Shown here one piece after another: positions 45,800-57,589 of a DNA stretch of 64,000 bases. The number at the start of each line of letters is the position of its first letter. The first letter of the stretch is position 1. A program made the translations under genes and the position numbers. The DNA is from Takakia lepidozioides (Eukaryota; Plantae; Bryophyta), in assembly GCA_030704615.1 (NCBI GenBank), contig CM060734.1:26536001-26600000 (forward strand). Direction: 5' to 3'. Under the pieces are notes generated by a model. It worked only from the letters and a program-made list of their open reading frames with translations. It had not been told where the DNA came from and did no database searches.

Positions 45800-47650
45800 A
45801 TGGCCGGCAAAGCTAGTCGATTGCCTTTCCTGATCGTCTCACACGAAGCAGTTGTGGTCAGGGCTGAAGAATGGCTGGCGAAAAATGGCGATGTGAAGAC
45901 AAAGATGGATGTCGACATGATCTCTCAGGGATCACAGCCCGGATGCCCACAGGTCGACCATATCTTAGATCCGGGGTTGGACCGGGGCTCGGATCACGTT
46001 CTTAATCACTCGTTGGAGCGACCCCCTGCTCTACTTTCCCTGCTCTTGGATGAAGCACTGACAACTTTTAATACCCAGTATGAGCTATACCTAAAAACTG
46101 CAGAATCCCTTTCTGTTTTGTGCGAACATAAAGCAGAGGGGAGCTTTCCTCACAGTCTTGCTGTCGAAGCTGTCATTGTTTTAGGGGTTTTACAGACCCT
46201 AGCACAAGCCACAGGTAGAGCGAAGCAGATTCTCAGAGACTACAAGAGTGGAATGCTTGATCTTCTCATAAAGACCAGGCAAGCAGAGATAGAGTACTAT
46301 ATGGATTGCTTAGCCAGCGCACCTGTTGATCTGGAAGAGAAAGTAAGTGTTTGCTTACCAAGTGCCATAAGGGAAGATGGATTAGACAAGTGTGGTGTAG
46401 ATTGCATGATCTTTCAACAGAAGGAGTGGAGTAGCAGGGTGGTGGATGAATTCAGCGATAAGTCTCTTGTAATCCAATCTGAAGTTGCGTCCAAGTTTCC
46501 AGATGTTCGAATTTGCACGGTAGCCAATCTTCTTAAGAAGAAAAGAGAAGAAGACAGAGTTGCCTTGATGCCGATGCATGAACGGATATGGAGTGGGTTG
46601 CCGGAGGACCTGATGGACAGGACCCTTGCTTGTCTGCCGGTGCCAAGCTTCTTTCGTTTCCGCTCAGTATGCAAACGATGGAGTTCCCTCATGCTCTCCG
46701 ACAGTTTTCTTGAGCTCTGGTCAAAGGTCACCTCTCAAAGACTTTGGCTTTTTTCAATTCACGTGCGACATGCAACCGAGATGGTGGCAATGGCCTACAA
46801 TCCTTCTCTTGGCATTTGGCACAATGTTCCCGTCCCTCAATATCCCTCCAAGATGTATACCTTGGCATCAGCTGGAGGGCTGCTGTGTTCTGCTGCCTAT
46901 CCGAATCGCCTTGCCGTCATATGTGTTTGTAATCCTCTAACAAACAGATGGAGAGATTTGCCTAGCATGTTGTATATAAAGCGAGTGCATCTGCTTGGCA
47001 TGGTGGTAGATCAGGCAACGAAGTCCTACAAGATTGTTGTGGTTGGCACGCAGTCAAGACAGGACTTAATCTCAAACACAGAGGTGTATGATTCGACTTC
47101 TGGCGGTTGGGAAATAACTGGCAGGGCCTTGGGCTCTTTCACAAGCCATAGGCTTGTTTTTTGCAATGGTCTCTTCTACAATTTGTCTGCTACACGAGGC
47201 TGGCCTGTTACATTGGTGCTGCATGCATATGATATTGAGCAGGAGGTTTGGAGGGAGGAAATTCGGTCATCGATGCTGCTAAATTTCCAAGCACCTCCTT
47301 CTCTAGTTGAATGTCAAGGATGTCTGTTGATTGTTGGCAGAATTTCTGAAGACAGCCACTTCGCCAAGCCCAAAGCTATCAGGCTCTGGCAGCTTCAGCA
47401 AAAAGAAACTGGTGGGGAGTGGCTGGAGGTGGTGACAATGCCTCCTGCACTACTTGAGGAGTTTTGTAGAGAGTGGACACGACCAACCCACTTTCGATGC
47501 CGGGGCTTGGGGAATGTCATTTATTTTTTAAGTTCCCGTGCACTGATGTATGATTTGTCCCAGCAACTGTGGCAGTGGTTGCCCACTGGGCCAGGGTATC
47601 ACTATGACCATGTGATGCCCTTTGAGCCCAGACTGGATGCTTTGAATTGA
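45800..47650 (+). CDS. F-box protein with kelch-like beta-propeller (At5g15710/FBX6-like class) and ~260-aa N-terminal extension
   Basis: Uninterrupted ORF; F-box IWSGLPEDLMDRTLACLPVPSFFRFRSVCKRW from 46586; LASAGGLLC, VCNPLT, TEVYDS, C-terminal FEPRL. First in-frame ATG at 45800 (alternative at 45905). Confidence 0.9.
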   Translation: MAGKASRLPFLIVSHEAVVVRAEEWLAKNGDVKTKMDVDMISQGSQPGCPQVDHILDPGLDRGSDHVLNHSLERPPALLSLLLDEALTTFNTQYELYLKTAESLSVLCEHKAEGSFPHSLAVEAVIVLGVLQTLAQATGRAKQILRDYKSGMLDLLIKTRQAEIEYYMDCLASAPVDLEEKVSVCLPSAIREDGLDKCGVDCMIFQQKEWSSRVVDEFSDKSLVIQSEVASKFPDVRICTVANLLKKKREEDRVALMPMHERIWSGLPEDLMDRTLACLPVPSFFRFRSVCKRWSSLMLSDSFLELWSKVTSQRLWLFSIHVRHATEMVAMAYNPSLGIWHNVPVPQYPSKMYTLASAGGLLCSAAYPNRLAVICVCNPLTNRWRDLPSMLYIKRVHLLGMVVDQATKSYKIVVVGTQSRQDLISNTEVYDSTSGGWEITGRALGSFTSHRLVFCNGLFYNLSATRGWPVTLVLHAYDIEQEVWREEIRSSMLLNFQAPPSLVECQGCLLIVGRISEDSHFAKPKAIRLWQLQQKETGGEWLEVVTMPPALLEEFCREWTRPTHFRCRGLGNVIYFLSSRALMYDLSQQLWQWLPTGPGYHYDHVMPFEPRLDALN

Positions 47651-50600
47651 GGGTTGAAAACGTCAGGCAGTTCTTTGAAGCATCTACCTGGCCAAACTAT
47701 CAAGCTTGTTTATTGCTTGTCATATAGGTGTGTAATAATGCTCCGGCATGATCATGCTAAAAGCTCAGTTAGGTTCATTGTATGAATATGCAAGCCTTGA
47801 GGTCATTTCAATTAACCAAGGGTGGCTTAAGTAAGGTGGTAATGGAATGCTGCTGCAAGGAGGGAAGAAAGCATAGGAGCACCATTTCTGGCCTCTCATT
47901 ACTGGTGAGTGAAGCCATCGCAATGCTTTGAATCATCATTTGAAGCTAGTATGGTAATTTTTTTCACCAGAATCAAACTCAAATGAGGGTGTTCAAGTCC
48001 AGATCCCTGTCATGAAGTTTCCACATGCAAACTTCCTCTCTGACTGGCAATCAGAGGTGCACATGAACCAGCAAGAGTTCCTGGGCCTTCTGCTTGTGAT
48101 ATCACAGATGATTAGAGCATGAGCAGCTCAAGACAGCAGTACTATTTGCTTGGAGACAAATGGTCTGTTGGATGTGAGATGACAGCCTCACTCTGCTAAA
48201 GCAGGGTGAGGTTGTTGCTAGCCGGAGTGAGGATTGCATCATTAATGGTCAGAATAGCTTCTCAAACCCATCTACAAAGCATTTTTTGGTCAGTCATAAA
48301 AGCTACTTGAAGGAGCAGGTGTATTCCACACACCAATGAGCAATTTTTTGGCTATTTGACAGAGGATGTGTGGCAGGAATCCCATCCTACATCCAGATCC
48401 ATTTCAATTAACAGGGTTTTGTCTAAGAGTAGTGTTTGGTGACTGGTATGTGTGCAGACAGCTTGTATCATTACAGGAGATGGGTACCTGTAGAACTACA
48501 AAGGTTAACTGGTAAGTTTGTGCTGAAGGGGGGGAGAGAAATGCAATCATTGGCTATTTCCTGAAAATGTTTTTTATGATGTGGATACTAACAATCCAGG
48601 AGCTGTTGTGGGGTTTTAGCAGGCTGGGGTATAGGAACTCAAACTTGGTATAGAGCTTGGTCACTACTAACAGTGCTGTGAATAGGGAGGGGATAAAGTA
48701 TGGTTTGGCATGCTGGCACGACTTCATACTAGAAAGCACGAGCTTCATGCCAGCACTCCTGGGATAGCCCTCTTACTGGAAACGGATATGGTGTTAATGG
48801 TTGCACTGCTGGTCATGCTGTCAAATGAAAAAGAGCAGGAAGGGGGTTGGGGGGGGGGGAGGGGGAGACAGAGTGTGCGTGTCTCTGTGTGTGTTTTGGT
48901 GTGGGAGGGGAGGTTTATGTTTCTTGAGAGGTGTCAGGTGTTTATTTCACTACTTGTAAACGGTTTTGTGATAACTCTTTACGAGAAGATCAAATTCAGT
49001 AACCTTGTGATGTATCCCAACTGAATATTTCCAGTTTCTTCTGGTAGTTCTTCTTGGTTGCTGTGATTTCCTTCAACACACCTATTATACACTGGATTTC
49101 ACAGTATCCCCTGGTTCCTCTTTCAATCTGGTTGTTTCCTTGCATTGAGGTTTCGGGGCATCGTGTAAGTAAAGTGCAACCTGGATAGAAATAAATCCAC
49201 ATTGGAATCACCAGTTACCCAGTCCTAAAGCAAAGTTCATCAGTTCATTTCTTGGCCTGCACTCTGTTTGTTTTGTGGCAGAATGGATCAAGATTGGAGC
49301 CTTGGGTCCCTGCATCGCATGGCACTAGCCTTTCAGCTCCACTCATGTCAACCAGTTTTACGACATAGTCCGGCAAGAATGGGCAGAGGATAAAGACACT
49401 TGTGAAAGAGAATTGTCAAGGCACGTAATTGATACTTTATCATGAAGAATGCCAGTAAGACCATGGTGAAGCCTCCGAAGCAGCCTCTGCCTGTAGCTAC
49501 CCCAGCCAAGTTCATGGTGGGCCTCTGGTGTCAACATGAACTTTTTTCTGGTATTCCATTCTCCAGCTTTGATCTGCTGAGATGGGACATCAGCCCCTAG
49601 AGTCTGGTTAAGTTTGGGAGCATGCACTAGAGCTTGTCACAATTTGACATGGAACTTCAACATGCAGCATAATCATCACAACGCACTTGTGCTTTGTGTG
49701 TATGCTGAGATGTCTGCTGCCTTGATTCTCTAACAAGTACACTTCTATTTGCAGGGACATACCCGTATACAGGCTGGTAAGGCTTTATATCTGTGCATTA
49801 CACTCACTTAAAGAATACATAAATGGGGTTCGCAAGCGGAATTCTTTCATGACATTTATTACTTACAATGGTGCGAGGGCTTACAATGGTGAGAGGGGAG
49901 TAGTCCTAGGGCGTAGCCCGAGGCAGTACAACCCGACCCGAGCACCAAGGTGGGCCCGAGGCCGGGGGATTTTCCCTGCCTGAAGACAGAGGGTTCTTTC
50001 TTGCTGTGGATAGCTGAGATCTCTTGAAGATCTTGGTGGATGGCTCAGATCCCTAGAACTAAAAAAAAGAGACGAATTTAGAAAAAAAAGATGACACGGC
50101 GTAAGATCCTTACGGCATAAGATCCCCTGCCCCAGGGATCTGAAGCGTAAAATCCGGGGGCGGGGGATCTTACACTTGCCAGCTGTTGACGGGATATTCT
50201 GTCAGATACCTCGAGATACAAAGGGAATAAAATTGTAGGTTTTTATGATGTATAAAAATATATGACTGTTTTAAAGTTATCTGGTAAGTGGGGGCCCTGT
50301 TTGACCCTCTGATCCATCCCCACATATGAGTATGGTGGGCAGTAAGCGCCTATCCGTAAAGTCAATTGAAATGGGCACCATCGCCAGAAAGTGTGGGGAG
50401 GGCCGAGCATGTGGTCCGGTGCCAGGTGGTCAAGGTCAACCTGGTGGCAGCGTGGGCCCCACGATCCACAAGCCCAAGATAGGATCAAAACACATTCTAC
50501 TTGGTTTTCCCCTGCTAGTTTGAGTTTCGCCTTTTGTTTTTTTGGCTTGTACTTGCTTGCCCCGCTTTCTGAAATTCATCATGTCTTTCGGCCAAACTGG

Positions 50601-51443
50601 CCGAACTCCCCCTCCATCCCGTTCACATCGGATAACTTTATTGTTCCCGTGAAAATATCTTCCCTACTGAATATAGGCATCTATGTAAAATCGCCTCATT
50701 TAAATGAATATCATCTTAAAGTCACAAGCAAGAACGCTCGAGCACCCGTGCTGCGCAGCTCGAGTGCTCACAGGAAATGCCTGTCCACAGCTGCCCGGAG
50801 CCTGCAGCTGACTCCCCCACCCTCCACTTTGACAGATGTCTTGTGCATCTGGGCCGTCCAATCTCCTGCGCATTTCACTATCCATTTTTAGGGCATTGCA
50901 ATCGTCCAAATTCTAGCCGTATCACAGCCACGGATGTTTAGGGCTTATCTTCTTGTCCTAGCCGCTCGCCTATCATCTGACTCGCTTCTGGCAGGAGCGT
51001 GCGTGAGTCTTGTTGTCCTTCGGCTCCCACTGCTGTATCGAGGTATGTATTGTAGGTTTTGAAGTGCGCGTGAAGGGTTTTATTGTAGAATATATGCCAG
51101 AAACTGTCGTGGCAAAGCTAAAAGCATCCTTATACGCCCACTTCGACGATCTTTGTAAAGAATGGGCCATTTAGTTACGAAAGGCATTTGCCTTGGTTTT
51201 CCGGGGAGGCACATGAGAACCCAGAGTATCATGTGAATTTTTTTATTCAATGTTGCTATTCTAACCAAGCATTGGACGATGCTTATTGGCTGATCTGGTT
51301 TCTCACAACCATGAGGGGAAGAGCATATGCTTGGTAGTGGCAGCAGGAACATTTGTCACTAGTAAACCAAGTGAAAGGTATAATCAGTCCAGTTGGTAGC
51401 TATTCGTTGATCTGGGTAAATGATGTAGATTTGCGACGCCTTT

Positions 51444-54400
51444 TTGGATCATTTCCAGGCGGTGCACCAATTCACTAGTGTCGTGATGGCATTAGCACGA
51501 ATTCGTCAAGGTCATGCGGAGGAAGTAGCGGACTTTGAGACGAGATTTATGGAGTTGATGAGGCTTCGGAATCCCTTGACCCCTTTAGACGACGGGGTAC
51601 TCAAGGATTGTTTTCTGAGTGGTCTGCGAGAGGCCACTCATTTCCATGTGTTACAGCAACGACCTGCCACTTTGGCAGATGCCATCCAAGCCGGCAAGGA
51701 GTTCGACAACATGCACCGACAAGTACAACGGGCCAAGATGCCGGAGATGGCCTTACCATCATACATCACAATTGAACCAACACAGAGTCCGACACCATTG
51801 GCGGTAATTCAGCCCGCTCTTCATTACACGCCTTCGTATGTGGGAGGAGCAGGACCATACGTTCCACCATCGGCCCCAACACCAGTTGCGGCGACAATGG
51901 CTCCCCAATACGCAGGTGCAGTGCCCACCAGCTCACATGCCGATTCGAGTGGGCAATCTGATTCACGAGTTGGAGTGGATGATGGAAGTTCGGTAAACAT
52001 CATGCCTCCGTCCACTTTATCAAAGTTGGGATTAAGCATGACAAGTGAATCTCCGCTGACTATACGATTGGCCGACCAGCGGAAGATCAGGCACGTGGAC
52101 CACATTGCGAATGTCAAAATGAAGACTAGAGGGTACACGTATGAGATGGACTTCCAGATCATCGACTTTCCCATTGACGAGTACTCTTACGCCCTCCTAC
52201 TAGGAAGACCATGGTTGGTCCAGTCCCGAGCACGTACGGATTGGGGGGCAGACACTATCACCTATGGGGTAAGGCCTTACACCACTACTGTTGCATTTAT
52301 GACTGGAGCACCTCTCAACGAGACGGATGAGGATGAGCTCAGTGCGATCGGCTTGGAGGAAGAGTCTGCAGACTTGAGTGAAGAAGATTTGTGGTCGGAT
52401 GATGAGTTTTTTCCGAAGCCACAGGCTCATCGAGTACTGGCAACAGTTCCCGCACCTTGCAGGGAGGTAAAGCGGAGGAAGGCAGGACTAGAGGATGCGG
52501 TTAAATCCTTAGGTCCGGGATTGTACGAATGCGAGTCCGATACGGACTGCATCACTTGGTTGTTCGGGGAAAATCACGGCCAAGAAGTGATGGTGCACTC
52601 AGTAGCGACTGAGGCGCTTAACGAGTTCGAGTTGCTGACCGAACTCTTTTCCATATCCGCCGAACAGGTTGGGCTGCAGGAACAGGAGGTTCCCCAGGAG
52701 GAAGACGGTGAGATCATGGAGATGAAGGTCATCGAGGAAGCTGATCTAGAACGGGATGTAAGGAAGCATAGCGGCCCTTTCATTCCCTATTTGCAGCAGG
52801 GTTTGGATGGATCTCGATTCGAACCCGGATCGACCTTTACATCAAAACCAACAACGCAAGCGGTAGACATGGCGGTCGGCGGAGAATCGCCCAAGTTGGT
52901 GAAGGTTGGATCCCAGTTGACATCTGAACAGGCATTGGAATACCAGGCATTGTTTAGAGAATTTCAAGACATTTTCGCGTGGTCCTACACCGAGCTGAAG
53001 GGAGTGCCTTCGTACGTTGTTATGCACTCTATTCCCCTGATTCCGGGAGCTACACCACGACGACAACGAGAGAGGAGGATGAACCCGAATTTGGCGTTGC
53101 TAATCAAGGCCGAGATCAAGAAGCTGTTAGCTGCGGAGTTCATTTTTCCAGTAGAAACATCAACCTGGGTATGGTGATTGTCCGCAAGAAGAACGGAGGC
53201 TTAAGGGTATGCGTGGACTTCGGGCCTCTCAACAAGGTGACGCATAAGGATCATTTTCCTTTGCCCTTCATCGATACGTTAGTGGAAGAAGTAGCAGGGA
53301 AGGAGCTCTACTCTTTCATGGATGGATTTTCGGGCTACAATCAGGTGTTGATCGATCCGAAAGATGTGTTAAGGACCACATTCACATTGCCGTGGGGGAC
53401 GTTCGCCTACACCAGAATGCCCTTCGGTTTGTGTAACGCACCCCTGACTTTCCAGCGGGTTATGACGTATGCTTTCTCGGACATCGTGAGGAAGAATTTG
53501 GTTATCTTCTTAGATGATTTCTATTGCAATGGAGACGTGAAGGATCACATTGCAGCTCTGCGAGAGTGTTTCCTCGGGTGCAAAGACAACGAGATATCCC
53601 TCAACCCAATGAAGTGCGTGTTTGCAGTCACACATGGCCTGCTGTTGGGACACATTGTGTCTAGAAAGGAGTGGCGACGGATCCTGCTAAGGTGAGCGCC
53701 ATCGTTGAACTACCTGCACCAGAAACGTCATCCAAGGTGAAAGGGTTTCTTGGCCACATCGGGTGGTGTAGGAAGTTTATGGACAAATGCAGCAGAGGCT
53801 TTACCTCTGACTCGGTTATTGAAGAAAAATCAGGTGTTCTCTTGGGATGGAGGGTGCCAAGAATCATTCGAGACCCTCAAACAACGATTGGTCTCAGCCC
53901 TAGTTCTGGCGGCTCCAGATTGGAACTGGCCATTTCATGTATATGTGGATGAATCAGCAGTGGCAGTAGGATGCGCTCTATGTCAGCCGGATGCCGAAGG
54001 ACATGACGACCCAATCTCATTCGCTAGTCGGCAATCAGTTACGTTTGCAGAAACAAGATATAGCACTACGGAGCGGGAAGCGCTAGGGATGATCTTTGCC
54101 GTGAAGAAATATCGGCATTATTTGTTGGAGACACCTTTTACATTTTTTGTTGATCACATGGCATTGCGATATCTGATCAACAAGCCCGATTTGACGGGAA
54201 GAATAGCCAGGTGGGTTATTCTACTTTAGGAATTTGACTACAAGGTAGTCTACAAGCTTGGAAGACTCAATGCTCAGGCTGACCATCTCTCTCGGTTGTC
54301 AGAGAAGACAGGGGACAAGCCTATCGACGATGATTTCCCAGATGCATTCTTGTTCTCCATTGAAACAGTTCCTCCATGGTATGAGCATATTGCTCAATAC

Positions 54401-55602
54401 CTTAGTACTATGGAACACCCACCGGGTATGGATCGGCACGCACGAAGACACCTTCGGTTGCGGAGTATGAAGTTTGCTCTTGTGGGAGGACAACTTTATA
54501 GAAGGGGATTGGATGGACTCTTGAGGCGATGCATCACTCCAGAGGAGGTTCCCCAAATTTTAGAGTTAGCTCATGATAGCATGTGCGGAGGACACTTTGC
54601 AGGGCGACTCACTGTACAGAAAATTTTAAGGGCAGGATACTACTGGCCCTTCATGTTCAAGGATGCGCACATGCATGTGTGAAGATGCGAGGCTTGTCAA
54701 AGGTACGCAAAAGGGACAATAGGCTTGGAATGCCGTTAGTTCCCACACTCCCACTTGCTCTGTTTGAGAAGTGGGGGATTGGTTACATAGGAGAAGTGCA
54801 CCCTGCGTCGAGCCGACAAAATCGCTACATGACAAAGTGGGCGGAAGCCAAAGCGGTCAAGAAGGCCAATGCATAGGTAACCGCTGCGTTCATTTATGAA
54901 AACATCATTTCCAGGTTTGGATGTCCTAAGGAGATTGTGAGTGATCGAGGGTCACACTTCATCAATGACGTCATCGAAGAAATGATGGCAACATTCTCCA
55001 TCAAGCATCGGAAGGCTACCCCTTATCACCCATAGACTAGCGGGCAGGTGGAATGCGCCAATCAGACGCTGTGCAATATCCTGTCCAAGACGATTCAGGA
55101 GCACAAACGAGATTGGGACACGAAGTTGATCTCAGCCTTATGGGCATTTCGCACGACTCATAAGGTGACCACTCGGCACACTCCCTTTTCACTGGTATAC
55201 GGGGTTGAGTCCATTATGCCAATCAAAACCGAGATTCCATCTCTACGGTTGGCCATTACAGAGAGATTGGCGACATCGGAGTCCTTAAAGGAGAGGCTCA
55301 AAATGTTGGAAGGTTTGGACGTGTATCGACAAGCAGCTGCTCAGCACATTGAAGCAGTACAGCGACGGAGGAAGGCTCGGTTCGACCTCAAGCGGAAAAA
55401 AAAGATCTTTGATCCTGGGGACTTGGTATTGTTGTTCGACAGTCGAAGCGAGGAGTTCAAGGCCAAGTTCAATTCATACTGGATGGGTCCGTATGTGGTC
55501 AAGACGGTTTTCGACAACGGCTCATTACAATTGGAGAAACTGAGGGAGGTGGAGTTCCCCAATTTTGTGAACGGTGTCCGGTGCAAGCACTACTACATGT
55601 GA
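51444..55602 (+). mobile_element. Non-chromoviral Ty3/Gypsy gag-pol pseudogene (Athila/Phygy-like layout)
   Basis: gag (LARIRQG..FLSGL), protease (VDDGSSVNIM..LLGRPWL), RT (RVCVDF, MPFGLCNAP, FLDD), RNase H (YVDES, TEREAL), integrase (HDSMCGGHF, IVSDRGSHF, WMGPY). No chromodomain; multiple stops and frameshifts. Confidence 0.95.
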
Positions 55603-57589
55603 GTTCCACTAACCAACTTTTGAAACTAATTTCCCCCATCTAGGTAAGGGAGCTAATGGAGATCTTAGTGGCCTTTGCCCTGACGGGAAAAGTCTTTAGG
55701 ATTTTTTTCCCGTTTTCCGGAAAGAGATGTTGGTATTTCCTATCCATTGACTCATTGGTTATTGGAGCTCCATACTAAGGTGGAGTGCGGGGCAACTAAG
55801 TTGCAATAATCCAATGAAACTACTCCGTTGGGAAGCAGTCGGTAGGGCTCTTACCCATTAGTTGTTGTACACCCTTTATTATAGTTCCGAAGTAGATCTT
55901 GGAATGCGGGGCAACGTCGTTGCATTAAAGACGTGTTTTGTTCCCCAGTTTGATTTGCGGGTAGTTATTGGAATCTACAGGGATAGACCTTGGGATGCGG
56001 GGCACATAGAGTGCAGTAATCTAACCCAATTTTTAGGAGATAGGATTTGTTTGATATGGTGTAAGCTAGGAAAGCTATGACCATCCATTTGCCAAGGTAC
56101 AAGACTTCAACATCTTCGTTGCTAATCACTCGTTGTGAGTTTATTTTCTTCTTCATCAAAGTGAAGAATCACAGGTGCAGGAATGGGAACAATGGGTTGG
56201 CTAATACATTTACTCTTGTTCAATGCATATTGTTGATCATTACTTATCTTCTACATCACAGAATATATCTGTGTCTGCTAGTGCATATGTCAAGGAAAAG
56301 TAAATGCTTGTTGTATCAAGCATTCTGCAGTACCAATACTCCCTGTATGGAGCACTGCGACTTCCCGTACGGGGATTCTAAACCTTAAACTTATTGTCAT
56401 TCCACCTTACCCCGCTGCAGCATTCCTCCTAGAGAGAAAAGTCAGAAAAGCAGTGAGGGGGTAAAAGTGAGCTGTAGAGCAGTGGTTGCTGCTCCACTCA
56501 CAAAGAGTTGAGGAAAGTCAGGCACAAAAAAACCCAGAAGGGCCTGTGACCTAGGTGTAGGAATTTAGAGATGGTGCGTACTCCAGGGAAGAGTCATCGA
56601 GTGTGTCCACTCACTTCAAGTCAAGTATTGTACCACGAGCTCTGCGAAATCTATGAGAGGTCCATGTGAGCCATGTTCTAGGTCATTAGTTCATCATACA
56701 AATGGTGTGTATTAGGTCCATGATAGTTGGAGCGTCCATTATGAGTAGGGTCCTCGAGTATCCAATCAATTTCCGTTGTGATGGGAGCGACCCATTGAGG
56801 CGCGTCCCGGGAGCGTCCTCGCAGGAGCATCCTTTTGATTTAGATTTTAGTCTGGGGCACCCAAAGGAAATCTGGGGCACCCAAGGGAGTATGGTCCTCG
56901 AGTATCCAATCGTTTTCATTTAGTTAGGAGCCAAAAGTCCTTCCAAGGTTATTTTAGAATAGGATCATCAACTTGCACCGCGCATATCTTTCGTCATTAT
57001 CTAGGGGATTCGAACCCAGTCCGGTGGGGGAGAATGGCGGTTTTGAACCGTTTTTTATCTGGGAACTCAAACTCTCTCCGAAGAGGGCGAGTCGGGTGGC
57101 TTTGAAACTTTTTGTCTTTTTATTTTTTATTTTTCTCACTTCTCTCCCGGAAGACTTGAACTCTCTCCGCAGAGGAAGAGCCCATGGGAACCTTCCACTC
57201 TTCATGGGAGTCGTTGACTCCAAGGGATATCAGAGATACCCTAGTAGGGGGATTTACGAACCAGAGATCTTGGATTCTTTCACACTCGGGACGAGTGTTC
57301 CCCATTGGTCGCCATATATGTAGATGCATAAATGGGTACAATTTTATTTTCGGATCGTTTTTTATCCTTAGCCAGGCAGTTTCGGCATTGTGCTGCCAAA
57401 TTATCACAAGTTGTTAGTTATTTGGGAACCGCTGGTGAAGCACTTAGGAATTAGATTAAGTCTGAGACGAGCATCGAGTGACACTCTAGCGTCAAAACGA
57501 CAATAGGAAGCTGCAAGGACAGCATAGTCGGCTACCAACAAGGTACAACTAGCAGCAACTTGGAATTGTTTGAACTGTACAAGGGCGAC

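Noticed and set aside
49740-49782. Mini-exon (tttgcag...gtaag) downstream of the F-box gene
   Set aside because: Splice-like signals alone are insufficient without transcript data.
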